The position numbers were made by a program, and so were the translations under genes. This document shows, in pieces, positions 1 through 8,034 of a stretch of 64,000 nt of DNA. Numbering within the stretch: position 1 is the first letter of the stretch; every line of letters begins with the position of its first letter. Under the pieces are notes generated by a model. It was not told where the DNA came from, ran no database searches, and was given only the letters and a program-made list of their open reading frames with translations. The stretch is from a virus (taxonomy: Duplodnaviria > Caudoviricetes). The stretch lies in IMG/VR virus record IMGVR_UViG_3300015607_000582, positions 64,001 through 128,000 of that record. One strand, given 5' to 3'.

Positions 1-581
1 ACGAGGCGGTGATCCTTGGTCACGCGGCGCAGGTCGATGCTCGTGTAGCCGTCCTCAGTCTCGACGATGGCGAGGCGGCCCTCCAGCGTCAGCTCCGGGT
101 ACTTGAGGCGCAGCTCGATGAGCGCGTCCTTCTCGCCCTGCTTGCGCTCGGCGTCGTTCCACTGCTTCTCGCGCTGGGCGTACAGCTCCTCGTTCATGGC
201 GAACTCGTTGAGCAGGCGAGCGTTGAGGTCGGCGACGTAGTCGGCGAGGAACGTGAGGGCCTCGACCATCTCGCGAGCCTCGGAGGGGCTCATCTCGCGG
301 ACGTTGATCTTCAGACCGAACTGGACAGCCTGCGTCGTGTCGTCCTTGCGCCAGTCGCGGCGGCGCTGCACCTTCTCGATCTGGAGGAACGAGTGCCAGC
401 CTGCAGTGACCTCGTTCGGGCTGTCGGTGAACTGGCCGCCAGCGAAGGCGACGCGGAAGTCCGGGTCGCGCGGGTCGCTGTCGTCGGTCAGGACGAGGAT
501 CTGCGCGCCGGTCGAGAGCGTGTGGACGGGCTCGTAGCCGTACTCGCCGATTGCCTGCTTGAGAGTGTAGGTGCTTGCCAT
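1..581 (-). CDS. Hypothetical early protein (partial, runs off window start)
   Basis: ATG at 581 (MASTYTLKQAIGEYG...) after an AACGGAG RBS and an early promoter; frame open at the window edge; GC3-rich codons. Confidence 0.75.
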   Translation of the reverse strand, partial: MASTYTLKQAIGEYGYEPVHTLSTGAQILVLTDDSDPRDPDFRVAFAGGQFTDSPNEVTAGWHSFLQIEKVQRRRDWRKDDTTQAVQFGLKINVREMSPSEAREMVEALTFLADYVADLNARLLNEFAMNEELYAQREKQWNDAERKQGEKDALIELRLKYPELTLEGRLAIVETEDGYTSIDLRRVTKDHRL

Positions 582-637
582 GGTGGTCATCTCCGTTGGT
601 CGGTCTCCGTTGGGGCCGAAGCGCCCCTGCAGAGATC

Positions 638-665
638 ACTATACCCGATGTATCGGAATAGTCAA
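638..665 (-). promoter_or_regulatory. Class I (SigA-like, early) promoter with palindromic spacer
   Basis: TTGACT-16nt-TATAGT; spacer contains CCGATACATCGG. Confidence 0.75.
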
Positions 666-668
666 CCC

Positions 669-1034
669 CTATGTTGCATGAATCGTCGAATGCCCCTCTG
701 GGAGCGGGATTCGCCGGGTGACGATGCCGAAGTCCTTGACACGGCTGCGGATGTTGGCAGCGCCCACCGGGTTCATTGAATGGACGAACGCCCGCTCGAT
801 GCGCCGACGCCAGACACCGGGCGCGACGTCGTGGACGTTGGCCATGAACACCAGCACGCGCATGGCGTCGTCGCCGGGGCCGAGGTCGTGGTCGAACCAG
901 ACCTCGCGCCAGACGGTGTCGCTGGCGAGCAGGGCGATGGCGTCCGCGCTCGTGCGAGCGTAGGTGACATGGAACACGCGCTCCAGCGAGGGGAAGACGC
1001 GCTCGTCGTCGATGATGAGGATGTCGCCCTTCAC
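669..1034 (-). CDS. Cyclic-phosphate-processing receiver-like domain protein
   Basis: ILIIDDER...WFDHDLG...HSMNPVG motif pattern. Confidence 0.75.
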   Translation of the reverse strand: MKGDILIIDDERVFPSLERVFHVTYARTSADAIALLASDTVWREVWFDHDLGPGDDAMRVLVFMANVHDVAPGVWRRRIERAFVHSMNPVGAANIRSRVKDFGIVTRRIPLPEGHSTIHAT

Positions 1035-1603
1035 GCGAAGTCCCCGTGCTCGACGGCCCAGTGGTTGATGAACGGAGCCGGGACGTCAGCCAGCTCCAGC
1101 GCGGCGACGCGAGCCTCGGCCAGCGTGCGGTGGGGCGAGCCCATCTCGACGCCGTCCTCGGTGAGCCGGTAGACGACCCAGAAGTCGATGCCGCCCCTGA
1201 CCTTGCGGATCGTGTGCGAGGTGCCGTCGATGGAGTAGACGCCCGCCTCGACCTTGGTGACCGACGCGCCCTTGGCGTTCGCGCGGGCCTGCGCCTTCTC
1301 CATGGCGACCTCGCCCAGACGGACGGCGTAGGCGAACGTCATGTAGCCGCTCGTCATGTCCTTGAGGATCCGCTCGGTGGTCGGCAGCACGCGGCCGTTG
1401 GAGCGCAGGTCGCCCATCTGCTGCGTCGTGGTGACGCTGTAGCGGTCGATGGTCTTGAGCGTGACGCGGCCGTCGGTCGCCGCCACCGGGGTGCGGTAGC
1501 TGATGGCGAAGGTGACGCCGTTGATGTTCTCGGTGCGCAGCGAGTGGCCCTTGGCCTCGCGGCCGTTAGCGAATGCTGCTCCTACCTGTGCGTTCGTTGC
1601 CAT
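1031..1603 (-). CDS. Hypothetical early protein
   Basis: MATNAQVG start after AACGGAGATCGACCACC; overlaps next start by 4 nt. Confidence 0.7.
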   Translation of the reverse strand: MATNAQVGAAFANGREAKGHSLRTENINGVTFAISYRTPVAATDGRVTLKTIDRYSVTTTQQMGDLRSNGRVLPTTERILKDMTSGYMTFAYAVRLGEVAMEKAQARANAKGASVTKVEAGVYSIDGTSHTIRKVRGGIDFWVVYRLTEDGVEMGSPHRTLAEARVAALELADVPAPFINHWAVEHGDFA

Positions 1604-1644
1604 GGTGGTCGATCTCCGTTGGTCTTGGGTGGTCTCTGGTTGCA

Positions 1645-1711
1645 ACTCTACCCGATGTATCGAGAGATGCAACCCCCGTGTTGCGCAAAAGTTCGCTATT
1701 TGCGAGATTTT
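1645..1711 (-). promoter_or_regulatory. Class I early promoter plus upstream conserved AT-rich block
   Basis: AAAATCTCGCAAATAGCGAACTTTTG...TTGCAT-16nt(CGATACATCG)-TAGAGT. Confidence 0.75.
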
Positions 1712-1937
1712 ATCGCTCTGGAGCGACCAGCTTGAGGTTGTAGTCCAGCACCCGCGCGGGCGTTTCCGTGCCGTCGAACAGAACGAGAACCTCGGGCCAA
1801 ACGCGGTCGTCGTCCCAGTCCAGAGCATGTCCGACGACGGTGCCGACGCGCCCGTTGTAGTAGGCATCACCAGCCTGCAGGACCTCACAGGCACCGACGA
1901 CCCGGTCATCGACGTGATGTCGGTAGTCGTAGTGCAT
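1710..1937 (-). CDS. Small hypothetical protein, possible SH3-like barrel
   Basis: GRVGTVVG...VLVLFDG...YNL pattern. Confidence 0.55.
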   Translation of the reverse strand: MHYDYRHHVDDRVVGACEVLQAGDAYYNGRVGTVVGHALDWDDDRVWPEVLVLFDGTETPARVLDYNLKLVAPER

Positions 1938-1938
1938 G

Positions 1939-2115
1939 TCAGTCGCTCTCCTTGCGCTGCCAGATGCGCTCGAACTTGTCAGCAAGCCGGTCGACGGCCG
2001 ACAGGTCCGAGCCCGGAGCCGGGTCGTCGAGGATGGTGCGAAGGGTCGCCACGTCGGTGCGGTCGAGCCGCACTGTGACATCCCAGTCCGCCTGCTTCTT
2101 GGGCTGCGTGCTCAT
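1939..2115 (-). CDS. Hypothetical protein
   Basis: MSTQPKK..., ATGA overlap with upstream gene, GGAG RBS. Confidence 0.6.
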   Translation of the reverse strand: MSTQPKKQADWDVTVRLDRTDVATLRTILDDPAPGSDLSAVDRLADKFERIWQRKESD

Positions 2116-2513
2116 GTCGTCAGCTCCTTGGTCTTGTCGATGGTGTTGTGGATCTCGATCAGGGCTTCGACCCACCGGACGTCGTCGACGTAGCTGTCGC
2201 ATGCGGCGTCGAGAGCGAGCAGCCGAGTCGCCTTGGCCACAGCGCGGACGATAGCCGCGAGGTGCTCGCGCTTGTCGGGGTGATCGCCCGTCGAGCCGGA
2301 CATCACATCCGTCTCGATGGTGCGGGCCACCAGCTCCAGCGCGTTCTCCGCGTAGAGGTAGCACGAAGCCCAAGCTCCACTGCGGTCTCCGTCGTAAAGC
2401 ACGTCCACCCAGCGGGGCGTACCAGTGCCGCTCTCTGCGTACTCGACGTCGCGCCCGTTCGGTGCCGTTCGCATGTCGGCAGTCAGGAAGGTCTCGAAGT
2501 GCTCTGCGCTCAT
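2112..2513 (-). CDS. Hypothetical protein
   Basis: MSAEHFETF..., GGAGG RBS, ATGA coupling. Confidence 0.6.
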   Translation of the reverse strand: MSAEHFETFLTADMRTAPNGRDVEYAESGTGTPRWVDVLYDGDRSGAWASCYLYAENALELVARTIETDVMSGSTGDHPDKREHLAAIVRAVAKATRLLALDAACDSYVDDVRWVEALIEIHNTIDKTKELTT

Positions 2514-2749
2514 CGCGGTACCTCCAGCAGGTCGACGAGGTCGGCCAGCGAGATGACCACCATGGGGTCGCGCTGGAGGAGCGCCCACTTCTCGGCGTCG
2601 GCGTCGAAGTTCGCGCTCCTGCTCGCGTAGATCCTCCCGGCCTGCGCGCCGACATGCAGATCCATGTCGTACGCGACTGCCTTGAGCTTCGCGAGCAGCG
2701 CGCCGTTGCGCTCCACCCTTCCGCTCTCGCCAGCAGAGGCCGCCATCAT
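2510..2749 (-). CDS. Hypothetical protein
   Basis: Translationally coupled ORF in operon. Confidence 0.55.
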   Translation of the reverse strand: MMAASAGESGRVERNGALLAKLKAVAYDMDLHVGAQAGRIYASRSANFDADAEKWALLQRDPMVVISLADLVDLLEVPR

Positions 2750-3060
2750 GCGTTCACCTCCGTGATGCCCATCTTCTCGGCGAGGGCGACCGACCGCTCG
2801 CTGATGTCCATCATCTCGTTGACGTCGGCGTTCTCCTCGCCCCCGGCGTAGATCGCGGCCGACTGGGTGAAGAGCTGCACCAGCTCGTCGAGGTTGGCGA
2901 GCGTGTCGCTGGCCAGCCCGCTGATGAGGTGCTGGAGGTTGACGGCGTGCTCGCTGCGCTCCGCGATCTCCTCGGGCAGCTCGTCGAGCAGGGCGTCGGC
3001 TGCGCGGACGATGTCGTTGAGGCGGCGGATGGCGATGTCGTTGAGGTTGTTGGTGTCCAT
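2746..3060 (-). CDS. Hypothetical helical protein
   Basis: AACGGAG RBS, GC3-rich. Confidence 0.65.
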   Translation of the reverse strand: MDTNNLNDIAIRRLNDIVRAADALLDELPEEIAERSEHAVNLQHLISGLASDTLANLDELVQLFTQSAAIYAGGEENADVNEMMDISERSVALAEKMGITEVNA

Positions 3061-3109
3061 GGTGATCGTGCTCCGTTTCGGTGTGTCAGTGGATGGTGTT
3101 GGTGAAGTG

Positions 3110-3496
3110 TCAGTCGGCAGCGGGCACGACGTGCCAGCGGTTCTTGATCTTCGTCAGCGTGCCGACCAGCTCGCCGGGGAAGTCGTAGCCGTCGTTCCAG
3201 ACGCCCCGCTTGGCGCGGTAGACGTTCACGCCCTCGGAGGGCTTGTCGCCGACGAACACGAGCGGCAGCACATCCTCGAACTGGCCGGTCTCCTCGCACT
3301 TGACGACCTCGCCGGACTCCTCGTAAGCGTCCCACGCCATCGCGATCTGGCGATCCTGAGTCGCCTCGACGCGCGGGTCAATGTTCCAGTGGTTGCTCGG
3401 CTTGTGCGCGAAGGCGAAGGCATGCGCCTTCTGAACCTCACCGTCGAGGATGACGTTGTGGGTGCGCTTGCGGAACGTGTAGATGTAGATGCCCAT
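3110..3496 (-). CDS. Hypothetical early protein
   Basis: MGIYIYTF start after AACGGAGACCACCGACC and a class I promoter. Confidence 0.7.
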   Translation of the reverse strand: MGIYIYTFRKRTHNVILDGEVQKAHAFAFAHKPSNHWNIDPRVEATQDRQIAMAWDAYEESGEVVKCEETGQFEDVLPLVFVGDKPSEGVNVYRAKRGVWNDGYDFPGELVGTLTKIKNRWHVVPAAD

Positions 3497-3534
3497 GGTC
3501 GGTGGTCTCCGTTCAGTGTGGCCTTCTGGTGTCC

Positions 3535-3600
3535 ACTCTACCCGATCCATCGGACAAAGCAACCCACCCGTTCCACAAAAGTTCGCTATTTGCGAGATTT
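3535..3600 (-). promoter_or_regulatory. Class I early promoter plus upstream block
   Basis: AAATCTCGCAAATAGCGAACTTTTG...TTGCTT-16nt(CGATGGATCG)-TAGAGT. Confidence 0.75.
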
Positions 3601-4087
3601 ATGCGCGAACAGCCATGGGGAAATCCCATCCATGGATGGCCACAGGACGCCCCACAGCCCGCGCCACCAGCGGGTCGCGACACGAGTAGCCGGGCATGAG
3701 GTTGGTGACCTGCCTGCCGAGCATGAGGCGGCGGTTGACGATGATCGGAGCGAACAGGTTGATGGTCGCTCGCTTCGGCTCACGCGGCACGTTCACCACC
3801 GCAAGCACCTCGACGTCCTCTGCCCTGTCCAGCTCGATCTGCGCCAGCTCCTCGTCGGAGACCTTGACCTCGAAGCTCCAGTGGAACGCCCACGGGATGG
3901 TGACCGGCAACGCGACGCTCGGGGTGTCAGTCGACTGCAGCCACGCGAGCGGACTGTCAGTCCCACCGACGACCACCCAGCTCGTCTCCTCGACGAAGCC
4001 GGGGATCCCGTCGGGGAACTCGATGAAGGAGTCGTCCGGGGCCACGATGGCCCCGTGACGACCCTCCATGCGATGCCGGTCACCCAT
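3599..4087 (-). CDS. fliW: FliW family protein (flagellar assembly factor / CsrA antagonist homolog)
   Basis: IEFPDGIPGF, LAWLQS..P.VA.PV..P, ATINLFAPIIVN, GRQV and Y..RDPL motifs in correct order; length slightly extended at C-terminus. Confidence 0.88.
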   Translation of the reverse strand: MGDRHRMEGRHGAIVAPDDSFIEFPDGIPGFVEETSWVVVGGTDSPLAWLQSTDTPSVALPVTIPWAFHWSFEVKVSDEELAQIELDRAEDVEVLAVVNVPREPKRATINLFAPIIVNRRLMLGRQVTNLMPGYSCRDPLVARAVGRPVAIHGWDFPMAVRA

Positions 4088-4091
4088 CGTG

Positions 4092-5978
4092 TCAGTCGTC
4101 CATGTCAGTCGGCGGGAACAGCTCGTGGTCAGTCGAGTCGCGGATCACGAACGAGGTGTCACACGCGCCGCCCGCGCAGTCGTCGACCAGCGAGCCGTCC
4201 TCGTACTCGATGTCGCGCCCGGCCACCGTCCACTCGGCGAGCACGTCAGCCATCTCGTCGACCGGGACGTGCTTCATGGGCTCGAAGCTGTCAGCCGTCT
4301 CGCGCGAGCCCTCGCGGTAGAACGTCGTGCCCTTGAGGTGCGGCAGGTACTCCAGCCAGAGGCCGCCCAGCTCCTCCACCGGGAAGTCCTTGGGGAGGTT
4401 GATCGTCTTCGACACGGCGCTGTCGACGTGCTTCTGGACGACGCGCTGCATCTCCATGTGGGCACGCGGCGTGACGTCGTACGCGCCCTCGACCAGCTCG
4501 GGGTGATCCGTGTACTCCTGCGACACCACGAGCGTCTCCGCGATGGTCTCGCGCTGCTTGGCGTCGACCGTACGACGACGGCGGATGTAGACCGGGCTGA
4601 ACACGGGCTCGACGCCGCCAGTGACGCCATGCACCATGGAGGTCGTGCCGGTCGGGGCGACCGTGAGCAGGCAGCAGTTGCGGATGCCGTGCTCCTTGAT
4701 CTTGTTCTTGATGCCACGCTTGAGCGTCTTGGCGAATCCCGACTGCAGGAAGCGCGGGTCGTAGAGGGGGAACGGCCCCTTCTCGATGGCGAGGCTCACC
4801 GAAGCGTCGTAGGCGGTGTTCTTGATGACCGACATGAGCTTGTCGACGAACTCCAGCGCCTCGTCGGACGAGTAGCGCATGCCGAGGTCGAGCAGCATCG
4901 AGTGCAGCCCCATGACGCCCAGACCGATGCGACGCTCCTCGTGCGCCACCTTCTCGTTCTCGGGCAGCGGGTAGTTGGCCACGTCGATGGTGTCGTCGAG
5001 GTAGCGCACGGCCAACCTGACGCTCTCGTCGAGCTTGTCCCAGTCCATCTTGCCGTCGACCACGAAGCGCGGCAGCACGAGCGCACCGAGGCAGCAGTTG
5101 GCGTACGGCGACAGGGGCTGCTCGCCGCACGGGTTCGTGGCCACGAGGTCGCGCACGTAGGCGATGTTGTTCATGCGCTGGACGAGGTGCCAGTTGAGCA
5201 GGCCGGGCTCGCCGTTCCGCCATGCGTTGCCGACGAGCCACTCCCAGAGGCGGGTGGCGTTGATCGTGCGCCCCTCGCGGTCGGGCAGGCCGCCGAAGCG
5301 CAGCGGGATCTCCTCGCCGTTGCGCACCATCTCGACGAACTTCTCCGTCGGCATGTCAGCCGGGATCATCACCGAGATGTTCGCGTTCGCGATCTCGCCC
5401 GTCTTGAGCTTCGCGTCGAGGAACTCCTCGACGTCCGGGTGGTCGATGTTCAGGCAGAACATGAGCGCGGCGCGGCGACCGCCGCCGTCCTTGATCTCCT
5501 CGCCGATGCCGTTGATGACGCGCATCAGCGACACCGCCCCGGTGGCCGTGCCGCCCATGCCGCCGATGGGGTAGCCGCGCGGGCGGACGGGGGAGAAGTT
5601 GAGCCCGACACCGCCGCCGCGAGCCGAGATGGTGGCGACGTCGCCCATCGCCTTGCCCCAGCCCTCGATGGTGTCCTCGGTCGGCGCGACGTAGCAGTTG
5701 CTCGTCTGCTGGATCTTGCGGCCAGCGCCGTACCAGTGGCGACCGCCGGGCATGAAGTAGCTGTCGGCCAGCTCGCGATGGAATCGGTGGAGGTAGACCT
5801 CGGCCTTGCCGTTGTGCTCGGCACGACTGGCGGAGTAGGCGAGGCGGTACGCGCCCTCGCTCCACGTCTCGACCGGGACGCCATCCTCGTCACGCTTGGC
5901 GTACCGCTCTCCGAAGATGGTCTGGCCCAGTCCCTTGGGCTCGAAGGCGGGTGCTGCAGGGGCTACTTCGGTCGTCAC
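4092..5978 (-). CDS. nrdJ: Class II (B12-dependent) ribonucleotide reductase
   Basis: SNCY, GGGVG, TNPCGEQ, CCLG, RRIGLGVMG, VAPTGT, SKTIN; C-terminal CxxGxC; GTG start after GAGGAG. Confidence 0.9.
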   Translation of the reverse strand: MTTEVAPAAPAFEPKGLGQTIFGERYAKRDEDGVPVETWSEGAYRLAYSASRAEHNGKAEVYLHRFHRELADSYFMPGGRHWYGAGRKIQQTSNCYVAPTEDTIEGWGKAMGDVATISARGGGVGLNFSPVRPRGYPIGGMGGTATGAVSLMRVINGIGEEIKDGGGRRAALMFCLNIDHPDVEEFLDAKLKTGEIANANISVMIPADMPTEKFVEMVRNGEEIPLRFGGLPDREGRTINATRLWEWLVGNAWRNGEPGLLNWHLVQRMNNIAYVRDLVATNPCGEQPLSPYANCCLGALVLPRFVVDGKMDWDKLDESVRLAVRYLDDTIDVANYPLPENEKVAHEERRIGLGVMGLHSMLLDLGMRYSSDEALEFVDKLMSVIKNTAYDASVSLAIEKGPFPLYDPRFLQSGFAKTLKRGIKNKIKEHGIRNCCLLTVAPTGTTSMVHGVTGGVEPVFSPVYIRRRRTVDAKQRETIAETLVVSQEYTDHPELVEGAYDVTPRAHMEMQRVVQKHVDSAVSKTINLPKDFPVEELGGLWLEYLPHLKGTTFYREGSRETADSFEPMKHVPVDEMADVLAEWTVAGRDIEYEDGSLVDDCAGGACDTSFVIRDSTDHELFPPTDMDD

Positions 5979-6049
5979 TTGACTCTCTCCTCGTTGGTCA
6001 TTCGGGGGCATGTAAAGGGGCGAGCAGCCCACTGGCGAACCAGCGGGCG

Positions 6050-6061
6050 GCACCATTTAGG
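6050..6061 (-). promoter_or_regulatory. Class III (late-type) motif variant
   Basis: CCTAA-ATG-GTGC in the nrdJ leader. Confidence 0.4.
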
Positions 6062-6143
6062 GGGCCGTGCTGCGAGGCAAAATCGGACACCTCGCGAAAG
6101 TCCCTGCTAGTGAGTTTCGCTGACGCCGACGGCCACGGAAGAG

Positions 6144-6169
6144 ATGCTACTGACCGCGTCGGACGAACC
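6144..6169 (-). promoter_or_regulatory. Class II (middle-type) promoter
   Basis: GGTTCGTCCGAC-N8-TAGCAT. Confidence 0.75.
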
Positions 6170-6184
6170 TCTCGACTGACATGC

Positions 6185-6217
6185 AAAAGGGGCTGGCCGC
6201 GAGTGCGACCAGCCCCT
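6185..6217 (-). terminator. Intrinsic terminator
   Basis: GGGGCTGGTCGC-ACTC-GCGGCCAGCCCC-TTTT. Confidence 0.75.
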
Positions 6218-6355
6218 GCCCCGGACGACCAACGTCGGGATGCAGTAGCCCGGCAGGCCATACGGCGAACGGAGGAACACCGACCTGCCGGGCGACGAGG
6301 GGAGACGCCGACCAAAGCATCTCTCACCCTCGCCCCGCGCTCTAGGCGCGGAAAC

Positions 6356-6808
6356 TCACTTGGCGATGTACTGGAGCACGGCGAACATCGTCGCGCCGGT
6401 CAGCACGCCGATGCCGAAGAGGTTGACGCCAGCGGCAGCCAGCATCGACCAGCTCGGGCGCGTGACCTGCGTGACGACCAGCTCTCCGGGGAGGAGCGGG
6501 TTGTCGAGCCAGTCGCGCTTGTGCGCCTCGAACTCCTCCGGGGTCATCAGCCGCTTGGCCGTCTCGTCGACGTAGTCGAGCGGCGACTTGCCGGGCTCGG
6601 TCTCGCCGAGCGAGGCAGCGCCCACGCTCGTCTCCTCCGCGCCGTTGTCGTGCTGCGTCACGATGCGCGACGTCGGGTCGGGGCGACGGTGTGCGGGCTC
6701 GGTGGCGTTGACGCGCTCGACGTTCGCTGGCGCAGTCCACGCCCCGTTGTCGGCCGGTGCGATGACCGGCTCGGTGTCCTTGGTGGTGTCGTTGACGCTC
6801 TGGCTCAT
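6356..6808 (-). CDS. Hypothetical protein with C-terminal transmembrane helix
   Basis: MSQSVND..., hydrophobic C-terminus. Confidence 0.6.
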   Translation of the reverse strand: MSQSVNDTTKDTEPVIAPADNGAWTAPANVERVNATEPAHRRPDPTSRIVTQHDNGAEETSVGAASLGETEPGKSPLDYVDETAKRLMTPEEFEAHKRDWLDNPLLPGELVVTQVTRPSWSMLAAAGVNLFGIGVLTGATMFAVLQYIAK

Positions 6809-7095
6809 GAGACGCCTCCCTGCCGCACTCCCTGCGGCATCGCGATGTTCGTACCGGGCAGTGCGATGCCCGAGTTCTGGGCCCTCACCTGCGCGATCTG
6901 CTCGTACTCGTTCTGCATGGCGGGGCGGAACAGGGTGACCTCGTCGATCCTGACGCCCCACTGCTTCCCGGTGACCGCATCCGTGACCTGCACGAAGCGG
7001 ACGTCGCGATCCGACATGCGGTGCGCGAGGTCGTCGAACGAATCGCTGACCGCCATCAGCGACTGGCCGAGCTGGATCATGGAGATGTCGTTCAT
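6805..7095 (-). CDS. Hypothetical protein
   Basis: MNDISMIQ..., coupled. Confidence 0.55.
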   Translation of the reverse strand: MNDISMIQLGQSLMAVSDSFDDLAHRMSDRDVRFVQVTDAVTGKQWGVRIDEVTLFRPAMQNEYEQIAQVRAQNSGIALPGTNIAMPQGVRQGGVS

Positions 7096-7268
7096 GCAGC
7101 GACCCCCATGACCTTGCCGGTGGCCACGTCGAGCGCCGTCCGGCGCATCCCGAGAGCGGCCACGGCCTGCAGGAATGCAGTGCGGTCGTCGTCGATGATG
7201 GCCTTGAGCAGCACGTCCACCGATTCGGTGTACGAGCCCACTGCTTCGATCAGTTCGTTCAGGTCCAT
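7092..7268 (-). CDS. Hypothetical protein (58 aa, not in ORF track)
   Basis: MDLNELIEAVG..., GGAGGGG RBS, downstream of class II promoter. Confidence 0.55.
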   Translation of the reverse strand: MDLNELIEAVGSYTESVDVLLKAIIDDDRTAFLQAVAALGMRRTALDVATGKVMGVAA

Positions 7269-7296
7269 TCGGCCCCTCCGTTAGTTGACTCCCGAC

Positions 7297-7322
7297 AGCG
7301 TACCGGACGCGCCGGACGAACC
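7297..7322 (-). promoter_or_regulatory. Class II promoter
   Basis: GGTTCGTCCGGC-N8-TACGCT. Confidence 0.72.
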
Positions 7323-7359
7323 TCAAGGGGCGAGGCGTCCGGTACGCTGCGCCATGGCG

Positions 7360-7725
7360 TCAGGCGTACGGGATGTACCAGCCGTCCTTGGTGACGCTCT
7401 CGAACCAGTCCGCGATGCGCGGGCTGATGCCGACGAGCTGCTGGTAGTCGGCGGCCTTGACTTCGAGGATGCACGCGCCCGTGTCCGCGATGCCGAAGCC
7501 GAGCGCGTCGTAGAGCAGCTCGGTGTCGCCTCCCTCGACATCCTCGGTGATCGCCTCGGCCGTGTAGCGCCCGCCGAAGTGGACCTCGCCGTCCTCGTCG
7601 CGGAGACGGAAGCGGTAGGTCGTTGCGCCCGTGGGGATCTCGCCTTCGCCGTATCCGACGCGGTTGTACTCGTCGCCGGGCTCGTTGAGGTAGTCGCGGT
7701 CGATGATCCAAGCTGCTGCGTTCAT
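7360..7725 (-). CDS. Hypothetical early protein
   Basis: AACGGAGACCGACC-ATG; FRLRDEDGEVHFGG. Confidence 0.7.
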   Translation of the reverse strand: MNAAAWIIDRDYLNEPGDEYNRVGYGEGEIPTGATTYRFRLRDEDGEVHFGGRYTAEAITEDVEGGDTELLYDALGFGIADTGACILEVKAADYQQLVGISPRIADWFESVTKDGWYIPYA

Positions 7726-7766
7726 GGTCGGTCTCCGTTTCGATTCAGGGTGGCTACTTGAGCATC

Positions 7767-7833
7767 ACTCTACCCGATACATCGAGAAAAGCAACCCCAT
7801 TGTTCCGCAAAAGTGCGCTCTTTGCGAGATTTT
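7767..7833 (-). promoter_or_regulatory. Class I early promoter plus upstream block
   Basis: AAAATCTCGCAAAGAGCGCACTTTTG...TTGCTT-16nt(CGATGTATCG)-TAGAGT. Confidence 0.75.
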
Positions 7834-7838
7834 CGCCG

Positions 7839-8033
7839 CTACAGGGGCTGCGGGTCGTTCTTGCCGGACACGTCATCGCCGTCGATGGCCGCGAGCACGA
7901 GCGGGCTCTCACCCTGCCTGTCCTTGCGCTTCGACTCCGGGCAGTAGGCGTGCGGCTCGGCCAAGATCAGCGAGTGCGAGCTGACCTCGCGTCGGCAGCC
8001 GGGACAGCGATAGGTGTACTCGAAGCTCGCCAT
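7839..8033 (-). CDS. Small Zn-binding protein
   Basis: YRCPGC...HAYC. Confidence 0.55.
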   Translation of the reverse strand: MASFEYTYRCPGCRREVSSHSLILAEPHAYCPESKRKDRQGESPLVLAAIDGDDVSGKNDPQPL

Positions 8034-8034
8034 G

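Noticed and set aside
3599-4087. fliW as host chromosomal contamination
   Set aside because: Tightly embedded between phage nrdJ and a phage early promoter; no other flagellar genes
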